Part shown: positions 7,271-14,826 of the stretch, in pieces
How the letters are laid out: the number at the start of each line of letters is the position of its first letter
Numbering within the stretch: position 1 is the first letter of the stretch
From: a virus
Length of the DNA: 35,347 nt
Strand: one strand, 5' to 3'
Virus record (IMG/VR): IMGVR_UViG_3300044729_000291
Span: 1 to 35,347 of that record
Translations under genes and position numbers: made by a program
Notes under the pieces: generated by a model
Told to the model about the DNA's origin: nothing
The model's database searches: none
Seen by the model: the letters and a program-made list of their open reading frames with translations, nothing else

Positions 7271-8871
7271 TGTTAAGGGAATACCAACAACGCACCATTG
7301 ACCAGCTCTACGCATGGTTTGAGGCTGGCAATGCTGGCAATCCCTGCTTGGTGCTGCCGACTGGTTCTGGCAAAAGTCACATTGTGGCCGCGCTGTGCAA
7401 GGATGCCATCCAGAACTGGCCCGAAACGCGGGTGCTGATGATTACCCATGTCAAAGAACTGATTGAGCAGAACGCCGAGAAGATGCGCCAGCACTGGCCG
7501 GGTGCGCCGATGGGGATTTATTCCGCAGGCATTGGCCGGCGTGATCTGGGCGAGCCTATCACGTTCGCCGGCATCCAGTCGGTGCGGTCTAGATCAAAGC
7601 AGCTTGGTCATGTTGATCTGGTGATCATTGACGAGTGCCACCTAGTCAACCACAAGGACGAGGGGGTGTATCGGAAACTGCTGGGTGAGCTTATGGCTAT
7701 CAATCCAAGCATGAGGATAGTAGGTCTTAGCGCAACGCCTTACAGATTAGGACATGGACTCATTACTGAAAAGCCTGCCCTGTTTGACGATCTGATCGAG
7801 CCGGTCAGCATTGAGGAATTGGTGTTTAAGGGCTACCTTGCCACGCTGCGGAGCAAGATCACCAAGGCCAAACTGGACACGACAGGGGTGCATAAGCGCG
7901 GCGGGGAGTTCATTGAGTCCGAGCTACAGGCTGCGGTCGACACCGATGACAAGAATCAGGCCGTGGTGCAGGAGGTGGTTACATTGGCGGGTGAGCGCAA
8001 GGCATGGCTGGTGTTTTGCACTGGCGTTAAGCACGCTCATCACGTTGCCGAAGTCCTGCGCCAGCATGGGGTGACTGCTGAGTGTGTGACTGGTGAGACG
8101 CCGAAAAAAGAGCGCAAGAAGCTGCTGGATGACTTTCGGGCCGGAAGGCTGCGTGCGCTGACCAATGCCAACGTATTAACGACCGGATTTGATTACCCTG
8201 ATATTGACTTGGTGGTGATGCTGCGCCCGACCATGAGCGCCAGCCTTTACATCCAGATGGCTGGCCGGGGCATGAGGGTTAAGAGCCACACCGATCATTG
8301 TTTAGTTCTCGACTTTGCCGGTGTGGTTGAGGCGCATGGGCCGATCACCAACGTCCAGCCGCCGAAGAAAGGCAGCGATGGCAACGGCGAGGCACCAGTC
8401 AAGGTCTGCGACGAGTGTGGGGAGCTTGTCCATATCTCGGCGGCAGTCTGCCCGGCCTGCGGTGCAATGTTCCCGGAGCCGATCAAGAAGGCACTGGTGC
8501 TGCACCACGATGACATCATGGGGCTTGAAGGAAAAGACCTTGAGATTACAACCTGGAACTGGCGCATCCACACCAGCAAGGCCAGCGGGAAGCTGATGCT
8601 GTCCTGCACCTACTACGGTGATTTGTCCGACAAGCCCATCACTGAATATCTGCCGGTGCTCCATGACGGCTATGCAGGCCAAAGGGCGATGCAGCAATTG
8701 TTTACGATGGCCGCATCGTCTGGGGCTGATCTTGCCAAATCATCGACTTTGCAAGGTGACGAGGCACTGGATTATATGTCGGTGCAGATGAGCAATTCAG
8801 CACCGCCCAAGCTGATTGAATACCGCAAGGATGGGAAGTTCTTTCGAGTCATTAAGAGGAATTGGACATGA
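7270..8871 (+). CDS. SF2 DEAD/DEAH-type DNA helicase with a C-terminal zinc ribbon (533 aa)
   Basis: TAATG overlap start (MLREYQQRTI...). LPTGSGKS (motif I), IIDECH (motif II), SATP (motif III), QMAGRGMR (motif VI), then CDECGELVHISAAVCPACG. Confidence 0.85.
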   Translation: MLREYQQRTIDQLYAWFEAGNAGNPCLVLPTGSGKSHIVAALCKDAIQNWPETRVLMITHVKELIEQNAEKMRQHWPGAPMGIYSAGIGRRDLGEPITFAGIQSVRSRSKQLGHVDLVIIDECHLVNHKDEGVYRKLLGELMAINPSMRIVGLSATPYRLGHGLITEKPALFDDLIEPVSIEELVFKGYLATLRSKITKAKLDTTGVHKRGGEFIESELQAAVDTDDKNQAVVQEVVTLAGERKAWLVFCTGVKHAHHVAEVLRQHGVTAECVTGETPKKERKKLLDDFRAGRLRALTNANVLTTGFDYPDIDLVVMLRPTMSASLYIQMAGRGMRVKSHTDHCLVLDFAGVVEAHGPITNVQPPKKGSDGNGEAPVKVCDECGELVHISAAVCPACGAMFPEPIKKALVLHHDDIMGLEGKDLEITTWNWRIHTSKASGKLMLSCTYYGDLSDKPITEYLPVLHDGYAGQRAMQQLFTMAASSGADLAKSSTLQGDEALDYMSVQMSNSAPPKLIEYRKDGKFFRVIKRNWT

Positions 8872-9065
8872 AAACAAGACCGCCAGCGCCGCAGTTCGTC
8901 ACCGATTACCGAGAATGGGTCAAGGCTGGCCCTCCGAAATGCTGCCATACCTGCGAAAGTTACGGCACCGATGGACTGTGCACCGAGTTCTTCATGGAGC
9001 CGCCAGCGGAGTTTGCCGCCACCGTCAATGCTTGTCCGAAGTGGGAATGTGAAGTTCCTTTTTGA
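8868..9065 (+). CDS. Hypothetical Cys-rich protein (65 aa)
   Basis: ATGA overlap with the helicase stop. KCCHTCESYGTDGLC...CPKWEC. Confidence 0.6.
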   Translation: MKTRPPAPQFVTDYREWVKAGPPKCCHTCESYGTDGLCTEFFMEPPAEFAATVNACPKWECEVPF

Positions 9066-9081
9066 TGAATGGGAAAATAAA

Positions 9082-9267
9082 ATGAACGAGAAACTTGAAG
9101 CTGCAATCACTTACCTGCGTAGTCGTAACAAATACGTGCTTGATGCAGGCTGCAACTTTGTGCCGACAAAAGCTGTGCAGACAGATGTGGCCGAGACCAT
9201 TCGCATTTATCGGCGGGAAGTCGAGGAGATCAAGCCGATCAGTCTGGTAAAGGGCAAGAAGAAATGA
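9082..9267 (+). CDS. Hypothetical protein (61 aa)
   Basis: Internal ATG of track ORF 8971..9267, chosen to avoid a long overlap with the upstream gene. The RBS (GGGAAAA) is weak. Confidence 0.5.
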   Translation: MNEKLEAAITYLRSRNKYVLDAGCNFVPTKAVQTDVAETIRIYRREVEEIKPISLVKGKKK

Positions 9268-9530
9268 AATGCGACTGCGGGGGAAATACGCGTGTGCTGG
9301 ACAGTCGAGGGGTGAGCAGGCGCAGGGAGTGCCTCAAATGCTGTATGCGCTTTTCGACTGAGGAAGTGATTGTGACCAAGCCGGAGAAAAAGAAAGTCCA
9401 AACTAAAAAGCGTGTCAAAAACATCCTGCCGAAAAACAACTGGCAACAACTGGCAAAGAACATTAGCGCACGCCGGAAGCTTGAAGAACTGCGCGACAAC
9501 ATAAAAGAAGATGACTATGAAAATTATTGA
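9264..9530 (+). CDS. NrdR-like zinc-ribbon protein without an ATP-cone, with a basic C-terminal tail (88 aa)
   Basis: MKCDCGGNTRVLDSRGVSRRRECLKCCMRFSTEE matches the NrdR N-terminal pattern C-x-C...DSR...RRR.C..C..RF.T.E. ATGA overlap start. Confidence 0.6.
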   Translation: MKCDCGGNTRVLDSRGVSRRRECLKCCMRFSTEEVIVTKPEKKKVQTKKRVKNILPKNNWQQLAKNISARRKLEELRDNIKEDDYENY

Positions 9531-9897
9531 GGCAGTTCCCTCTGAACATTTTGAACAATGCCTGCTGGTGCAATGGTTCCGCCGTAAATGGCCTGACGTT
9601 CGTATCTTTGCCATCCCCAACGGCGGCTACCGCAGCAGGGCCACCGCTGGCCGTCTGAAGGCAGAAGGGGTGCTCTCAGGCGTTCCTGACCTGTTCGTTC
9701 CTGCCTGGCACCTGTGGGTTGAGATGAAGCGCACCAAGGGAGGGAGCCTAAGTGCCGAGCAGAAAGATTGGATTCAATACCTTGAAAGTGAAAATTATTA
9801 TTGTATTGTCGGAAAGGGTGCAGAGGATGCAAAGGCAAAGATCAAAGAGTTTTCAAAAAAAGAATTAACAAGTCCATTGGTAAGGGAGAAAGAATGA
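9511..9897 (+). CDS. VRR-NUC domain nuclease
   Basis: ...IPNGG...GVPDLFV...WVEMKR.KG.LS.EQ..W... gives the PD...E.K catalytic pattern and the size of the VRR-NUC family. Confidence 0.8.
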   Translation: MTMKIIEAVPSEHFEQCLLVQWFRRKWPDVRIFAIPNGGYRSRATAGRLKAEGVLSGVPDLFVPAWHLWVEMKRTKGGSLSAEQKDWIQYLESENYYCIVGKGAEDAKAKIKEFSKKELTSPLVREKE

Positions 9898-10058
9898 AAA
9901 CTAATCAGATGTGCAACGGCAACTGCAACCAAGGTCGGCGCTGCGACTGCGTGACGGATTACGTATTCGATAGCCTGTTTACTCTGGGTTTCCTGTCGGC
10001 GGTGCTGGCGGTTGGCGGCATCGTCGGGTTTCTCGTTGGCTATTTGGTGGGGGAGTGA
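9894..10058 (+). CDS. Small tail-anchored membrane protein with a Cys-rich N-terminus (54 aa)
   Basis: ATGA overlap start. MKTNQMCNGNCNQGRRCDC is followed by one hydrophobic helix, FTLGFLSAVLAVGGIVGFLVGYLV. Confidence 0.55.
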   Translation: MKTNQMCNGNCNQGRRCDCVTDYVFDSLFTLGFLSAVLAVGGIVGFLVGYLVGE

Positions 10059-10059
10059 A

Positions 10060-10308
10060 ATGACTTTCTTAAACGAACTAACCGAAGTCCTGCAAAACTC
10101 AAACGCAGCACTTGCTGGCGTATTCCTCCGCAACCACGCCAAAGAAATCATCGCGCTGGTCGAGGCGATGGAATCAATCGCAAACAATTCCTGCTGCGAA
10201 GGGTGCCAAGAAGCTAAACGAGTTGCTCAGAAAGCCCTCGCCGCGCTGAATAAGGAGCCAATGGACCCCAACAAATGGGCCTTTGACCGTGGGCTGGAGA
10301 GCTACTAA
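10060..10308 (+). CDS. Hypothetical protein (82 aa), last gene of the rightward operon
   Basis: Internal ATG of track ORF 10012..10308, located 2 nt after the upstream stop. Confidence 0.6.
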   Translation: MTFLNELTEVLQNSNAALAGVFLRNHAKEIIALVEAMESIANNSCCEGCQEAKRVAQKALAALNKEPMDPNKWAFDRGLESY

Positions 10309-10746
10309 CTACGAATAAGGCCGAGTACCGGCCTTGTCGATAATCAGCGCCTGCCCTCTTGGGCTGAAATTGATGCTATTTGGGATGCTGATGTGCGTCC
10401 AGCGGTCGAATTCCCGGATGACCTGATCGTAGCCAATGCCGCTGGCAACGATCGCCTTCACCACCTCGTCGGGAGTCATGCCCGGCACCTTAAAGTCGGC
10501 AGCGCAGCCGATGCGGTGCTGGCTGCTGTCCTTAGACCCCACAGCGTCATTAACCTTTTTGGTGCGTAAGCCCGACGAGATCATAATCGGCTTCCCGGCC
10601 AGAATCTCTTTTACCTGCTCCAGAAAGGCCGCTAAACGCCCCAGGTTGGCTAGTTCCTGATCGTTTGGGGTGTTATCCCATCCATTGCGCTCGGCGGTTT
10701 CTGAGGCTGTCAGTTCTTCAAGGGTGAAATGTTCGGTGAGCTTCAT
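10309..10746 (-). CDS. Endolysin, Peptidase_M15 (zinc D-Ala-D-Ala carboxypeptidase / L-Ala-D-Glu peptidase fold)
   Basis: FTLEELT..., ...ISSGLRTKKVNDAVGSKDSSQHRIGCAADF... and ...WTHIS give the H...D...H zinc ligands and the layout of Peptidase_M15_3 phage lysins. Confidence 0.9.
   Translation of the reverse strand: MKLTEHFTLEELTASETAERNGWDNTPNDQELANLGRLAAFLEQVKEILAGKPIMISSGLRTKKVNDAVGSKDSSQHRIGCAADFKVPGMTPDEVVKAIVASGIGYDQVIREFDRWTHISIPNSINFSPRGQALIIDKAGTRPYS
10317..10335. terminator. Hairpin at the convergence point of the early (+) and late (-) operons
   Basis: aaggccg (10317-10323), loop agtac, cggcctt (10329-10335). It lies inside the last codons of the endolysin gene. There is no clear U-tract on either strand. 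Confidence 0.3.
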
Positions 10747-11234
10747 TTTGCCGCCTTGGAGAGAAGGTCTGTTTTGGCCTGTGAGCCAGCCGACGAGCCA
10801 AAATAATACGAAATAATCCCCGTCCAGGCGGTGCCTAGACTGCCCAACATCATCAGGATTGCCGGGTTGCTGCTGTCGATTTGATTGAAAAACATCATGC
10901 CCATGATGCCGAAGAATCCAACGGTGACTGACCCTGCTAGGATTGGCGGCATCATCGAGCGAGTCGTGGCCTGCATTTCCCTAGCCGACTTTCTATCCTC
11001 GACCTCCAGCTTTTCAAAGTTTAGCCCCAACTCCTGCGCCTGCTTTTGTAGCTCAATCTCGGCAATCTTGACCTGTGCAATCTGCTCGGCTGACAGTTTG
11101 TTGTTGGCGATCAGGTCGCCCACCTTGGCCTCATCAACGCCAATGGCCTTGGAGATTGCAGACACGGCCATGCCAGCCAAGGGGCCACCAAGCGCCGTAG
11201 CAATCGTCGGGGCAATCTGTTTGAGCCAGTCCAT
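10743..11234 (-). CDS. Holin, 3-TM GTA-type holin family
   Basis: Immediately upstream of the endolysin with an ATGA overlap. The N-terminal helix, coiled region and C-terminal hydrophobic helices (PPILAGSVTVGFFGIMGMMFF, ILMMLGSLGTAWTGIISYYF) resemble GTA_holin_3TM. Confidence 0.65.
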   Translation of the reverse strand: MDWLKQIAPTIATALGGPLAGMAVSAISKAIGVDEAKVGDLIANNKLSAEQIAQVKIAEIELQKQAQELGLNFEKLEVEDRKSAREMQATTRSMMPPILAGSVTVGFFGIMGMMFFNQIDSSNPAILMMLGSLGTAWTGIISYYFGSSAGSQAKTDLLSKAAK

Positions 11235-11873
11235 TTATTTCACCATTTTTGCTGCGGTGTGGTTAAGTATTACCTTAATTGAATTTACATCATCAGGCTT
11301 TTTCTTGAAACCAACACTAATATAACCAACCAGCTTTCCGATTTCGGGCGGTATAGAGCCTCGGCATATAAACGTCACTTCGTTCTTCACAAACCACTCG
11401 CCCACTTTTGAGGAGGGCTTGAAGTCCTCGCACAAAACTTCGCCGCTTAACATTGCAACAACGGCCTTGTTCCTGCCGGGGCTTTCGTTAAAGATGCTGG
11501 TGACAGTTCCTTCGACCGGCTTATTCCTGCCGTTCTTGTCTACGGCCATTACTGTCGTGCGTTTGTTAATCATCAGATTGGCTTGGTGAACCACAACAAC
11601 TTCGCCGCCAGATTCTTTGATTAGCGCACTGGATATATCCATCAATTCGGAATCAGACTTTATGGACGCCAGCTTGTCATTAGCGGTAATCGCAGACTTA
11701 ATAACTTCTCGGCTTTCCCAAGCAAAGAAACCGACAAAGAAAAATGTAGAGATAACCAAAAGCGTAAACAACTTAAACGGGTTATCCACCCATTTAATCA
11801 AACCGATAACCTTGTCAACAGGGCTTTCCTGCTGAACCGCTTTTACCGCTACTTTTGGTTTTCTAACTGCCAT
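11235..11873 (-). CDS. N-terminally anchored membrane protein with a globular domain of about 150 aa (possibly GAF-like)
   Basis: Basic N-terminus, then a TM helix FKLFTLLVISTFFFVGFFAW, then an alpha/beta-looking domain ending ...GKLVGYISVGFKKKPDD. The family assignment is a guess. Confidence 0.6.
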   Translation of the reverse strand: MAVRKPKVAVKAVQQESPVDKVIGLIKWVDNPFKLFTLLVISTFFFVGFFAWESREVIKSAITANDKLASIKSDSELMDISSALIKESGGEVVVVHQANLMINKRTTVMAVDKNGRNKPVEGTVTSIFNESPGRNKAVVAMLSGEVLCEDFKPSSKVGEWFVKNEVTFICRGSIPPEIGKLVGYISVGFKKKPDDVNSIKVILNHTAAKMVK

Positions 11874-11900
11874 ATTAAGCAGCCAACATAAAAAGCTGTT

Positions 11901-12134
11901 TCATTTGTCAGCCTTGTTCTCAAGTTTCTCGAATATCTTCGCCAGCATTGACTTGATCTCTCGGATGTCCTCTTTGTAGTCATCTTTTGCCAAGTATTCT
12001 TTCGGCAAGTCCTCTCGCAGCTTTGCAAGATCGGCTTTCAGTTCCTTGACCGCAGCCCACAGTTCTCTGGCAAACCAGCCCACGACAGTCATGCCGATGC
12101 CGAGAAACGTATTTATTACTTGCTGGTTTTCCAT
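11901..12134 (-). CDS. Small membrane protein: N-terminal TM helix plus charged coiled coil (77 aa)
   Basis: INTFLGIGMTVVGWFARELW is followed by KELKADLAKLREDLPKEYLAKDDYKEDIREIK. The architecture is i-spanin-like or holin-accessory-like. Confidence 0.6.
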   Translation of the reverse strand: MENQQVINTFLGIGMTVVGWFARELWAAVKELKADLAKLREDLPKEYLAKDDYKEDIREIKSMLAKIFEKLENKADK

Positions 12135-12140
12135 TACTTT

Positions 12141-12437
12141 TTAAAGACGTTTAATAACCACAAGATTATTGATGATAATACCGGCGTAGAAAATTGACAA
12201 AATTATTGACAAAATCTCACTTCCGTATGCAACAAATACACAGAGAACAGCGCCCACAATTTTGGCAATGACAAGCCAAGCCCACTTCGCATTGGTGAAT
12301 AGCCTGGTGAACTCAGCCAGTTTAATCAGCACCGGGTTGGCCTCACGGCCTCCACCATTGCGAAGCGCATACCAGGTGGTCAGCAGGTCTGCCACTTGCA
12401 GCGACACCAGCATGATGATGTAGGTGGTCGGGGTCAA
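12141..12437 (-). CDS. Polytopic membrane protein, possibly DUF5658-like (98 aa)
   Basis: About three hydrophobic helices. The ADLLTTWYAL..GG.EANP motif recalls DUF5658. The start codon is TTG, directly after the upstream stop; an in-frame ATG lies 8 codons downstream. Confidence 0.55.
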   Translation of the reverse strand: MTPTTYIIMLVSLQVADLLTTWYALRNGGGREANPVLIKLAEFTRLFTNAKWAWLVIAKIVGAVLCVFVAYGSEILSIILSIFYAGIIINNLVVIKRL

Positions 12438-12791
12438 TTAAATACCCTGGCCCGGCACGATGTAAACAGTAGCTGCTGCGCTGGACAGGCCGCTAAAAAA
12501 AGTATTCTGATTGAAGCGCAGGATTTCAACCGCACCAGGAACCAGCACAATGGCTGCTGATGGCGTTCCGGCGACAGGAGCGACAGCGTTGGTCGTGGCA
12601 TCTGTTGCGTTTGCGCCAAAGCCCAAGAACACGGTTGTCGTGCCTGCGTTGATCAGGCGATACTGGCCTGTGCTTTGCTGCTCAAACTTGTCATAAACAG
12701 GTGCTTGAACGCCAGTCGGCGCAGAAGCGGCTGCTGCCACTACGATGGTCTTGCCAAGCGGGGTGAATGCAATTTGACTGTTTGTTCCCAT
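12438..12791 (-). CDS. Hypothetical Ala/Thr/Gly-rich beta protein (117 aa)
   Basis: Internal ATG (12789-12791) preceded by AAGGAG. The longer track form (to 12833) overlaps the upstream gene. Confidence 0.65.
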   Translation of the reverse strand: MGTNSQIAFTPLGKTIVVAAAASAPTGVQAPVYDKFEQQSTGQYRLINAGTTTVFLGFGANATDATTNAVAPVAGTPSAAIVLVPGAVEILRFNQNTFFSGLSSAAATVYIVPGQGI

Positions 12792-12792
12792 T

Positions 12793-13041
12793 TCAGACTC
12801 CTTTTTTATCGGTAGCTGCTTTGTATTCAGCAATCACTTTGGCGGTGTGTGTGGCAGCGCAGATGGCCTTAACTCGTGCATCCTCGCTGCTGTAGTCATC
12901 ACCAGGGGCAACAACGTGGCGGTGGAATGTGCTACTGATCTGCTTGCCATCTTCCATGATGGCGGTCTTGGTGCGGACTTGGATTGAGCCGTTTTCGACA
13001 ACTTCAATCAAATCAACAGAGATAACTTTTTCAAGAGCCAT
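12793..13041 (-). CDS. Hypothetical protein (82 aa)
   Basis: ORF in operon orientation. No family recognised. Confidence 0.6.
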   Translation of the reverse strand: MALEKVISVDLIEVVENGSIQVRTKTAIMEDGKQISSTFHRHVVAPGDDYSSEDARVKAICAATHTAKVIAEYKAATDKKGV

Positions 13042-13112
13042 GATATTTCCTTGTTTCCAGCCTGACTATCTAGCCAAGCATTAAGGTTTCCAGTTGTCCG
13101 AACTGGTACGGT

Positions 13113-13379
13113 TTAACAGTCAACAGCGCCAGCGAATTCCGGCAAAGTTTTTAAGTGCTCGTAGGCTTGCGCAATTGGGTTTGCACCAGAAAGATCATAT
13201 TTACAATCAAACGATGTTTGCTTTACTGCTGCCTTTGCTTTGTCAAAATAAAAATTGACAACAACACTGCAATTTTCTTTTTGAAAAATTGTCACTGTAT
13301 CGACGCGAATATAACAATTTTCAACTTCAATTCCGCTTATAAGATGAATTCTTTTTTTGACAGCCATTTTAATTTCCAA
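13113..13379 (-). CDS. Hypothetical protein (84-88 aa)
   Basis: ORF in operon orientation in very AT-rich sequence. The start is ATG 13379 or ATG 13367. Confidence 0.55.
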   Translation of the reverse strand: MEIKMAVKKRIHLISGIEVENCYIRVDTVTIFQKENCSVVVNFYFDKAKAAVKQTSFDCKYDLSGANPIAQAYEHLKTLPEFAGAVDC

Positions 13380-13400
13380 TCAAAACCAAGTTGTTAAAAG

Positions 13401-14816
13401 TTATTCTGCAGAAGCAGACCATGAAAATTGAGTGTTTACGCCGCCGCCAAAGGTAACGGTAATATTTGTTGCGTTAAAAGAAACGGTAAGGTCAGTTGCG
13501 CCAGACCCGCTAAGGGGTACAACAGTTACGAATTTTGGTGTTGTAGAAAGACCGTGAGATATTGTGCCGCCCGACGCAATTGCGCTTGATACGCCGCCGT
13601 TGCTTGTTACATACCCAATATTGTCTTTTACAATTCTGCTAGTGCCTGATGTTGAACTATCAATAAAGGTTGCAGACACATTTAATCTAAAATCATTGTC
13701 CGCAACAATAATGTTGCTATTGCTTCCGGCTCCAATATCAAAGCCAGCATATTGAGAGTTAGGACTTGTGCCACCTAAACCTGAAATTTGACCGCTACGA
13801 CAGTTTGTTACCCTGTAGTTATTTAAATTACCATTTGCGGAAAGTCCTGAATACAAGCCAGAGGTTGTCTGAGAATTGCCAGTAAATACGCAACTTTCAA
13901 TTATGACGTCCTCATAGCTGCCTGATACTAAGTGCATACCACGCAAACCATTCAGGTATGCGTAACAGCCATAAAAATGTACGGAATTTGCAACGGCAGG
14001 TGCAACATAAATTCCGCTAAAGGTATTGATTGGTGCCCCAGAATTGTTAATTCTTGCCCAATTAATTGCGCCTGCGCCGACTAATGCTATTCCGTAAGTC
14101 CCACCTTCAAAATGACATTCATTAACATTTAAGTGGTCAACGGCATCTGGCCCTGCTGGGTCTACCCTCAACCCTTCCCCAGATTGAAATGCGTCAATGT
14201 TTTTAATGTTGCAGATTGCCGCTTTCCGTACCAAGATTGCGTAGGCCGGTTGCGCTCCAATCGGGCCTTGTATTGTGCCGTTTTCAAGGTAGAAATCACC
14301 AACATTAATTAAATCAACAACAATACCGCCAGCAGCAGTATTTGTTAGCTGAAAATTTTGTATAACGCCAGCACCGCCATTTAAAGATATTGCTTTAAAC
14401 GCGCCGTTAATTTGAATATTGTCAATGTTAAAAGTATTTACTGCATCTAATTTTAATGCAGTTCCGCCAGTCATTACTGTGGTATGCGTAATCCGCAAAT
14501 TTTCAATGTTGTTTCTAAATTGATTTGTTCCGTTGCTTACGGTAATGATTGTGCCGGTTGCCGACCCAGCCCAATTAATGGACGCGCCCGTGTCAAAAAT
14601 CAAAGACACATCATTAGCAAGAACAGTTATTCCAGTTGTTAATAGATAAACACCATCGGGAAAATAAACTGAACCACCATTGTTTGCTTCTGCTGCGTCA
14701 ATTGCCGCCTGAATTGAAGCATTATTATTTGTTGATCCATCACCAACAGCGCCAAAGTCTAAAACGTTAAACATCTCGCCGTTTATCATCGAAAAAGAAA
14801 CTTTAGTTAGAGACAT
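13401..14816 (-). CDS. Tailspike / depolymerase, right-handed beta-helix (Pectate_lyase_3-like)
   Basis: Internal ATG 14816 with AAGGA upstream. FNVLDFGAVGDGSTNNNASIQAAIDAAEANNGGSVYFPDGVYLL is the signature N-terminus of pectate-lyase-superfamily phage depolymerases. Repetitive Gly/Asn/Ile-rich coils follow. Confidence 0.85.
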   Translation of the reverse strand: MSLTKVSFSMINGEMFNVLDFGAVGDGSTNNNASIQAAIDAAEANNGGSVYFPDGVYLLTTGITVLANDVSLIFDTGASINWAGSATGTIITVSNGTNQFRNNIENLRITHTTVMTGGTALKLDAVNTFNIDNIQINGAFKAISLNGGAGVIQNFQLTNTAAGGIVVDLINVGDFYLENGTIQGPIGAQPAYAILVRKAAICNIKNIDAFQSGEGLRVDPAGPDAVDHLNVNECHFEGGTYGIALVGAGAINWARINNSGAPINTFSGIYVAPAVANSVHFYGCYAYLNGLRGMHLVSGSYEDVIIESCVFTGNSQTTSGLYSGLSANGNLNNYRVTNCRSGQISGLGGTSPNSQYAGFDIGAGSNSNIIVADNDFRLNVSATFIDSSTSGTSRIVKDNIGYVTSNGGVSSAIASGGTISHGLSTTPKFVTVVPLSGSGATDLTVSFNATNITVTFGGGVNTQFSWSASAE

Positions 14817-14826
14817 AATTTTCCTT

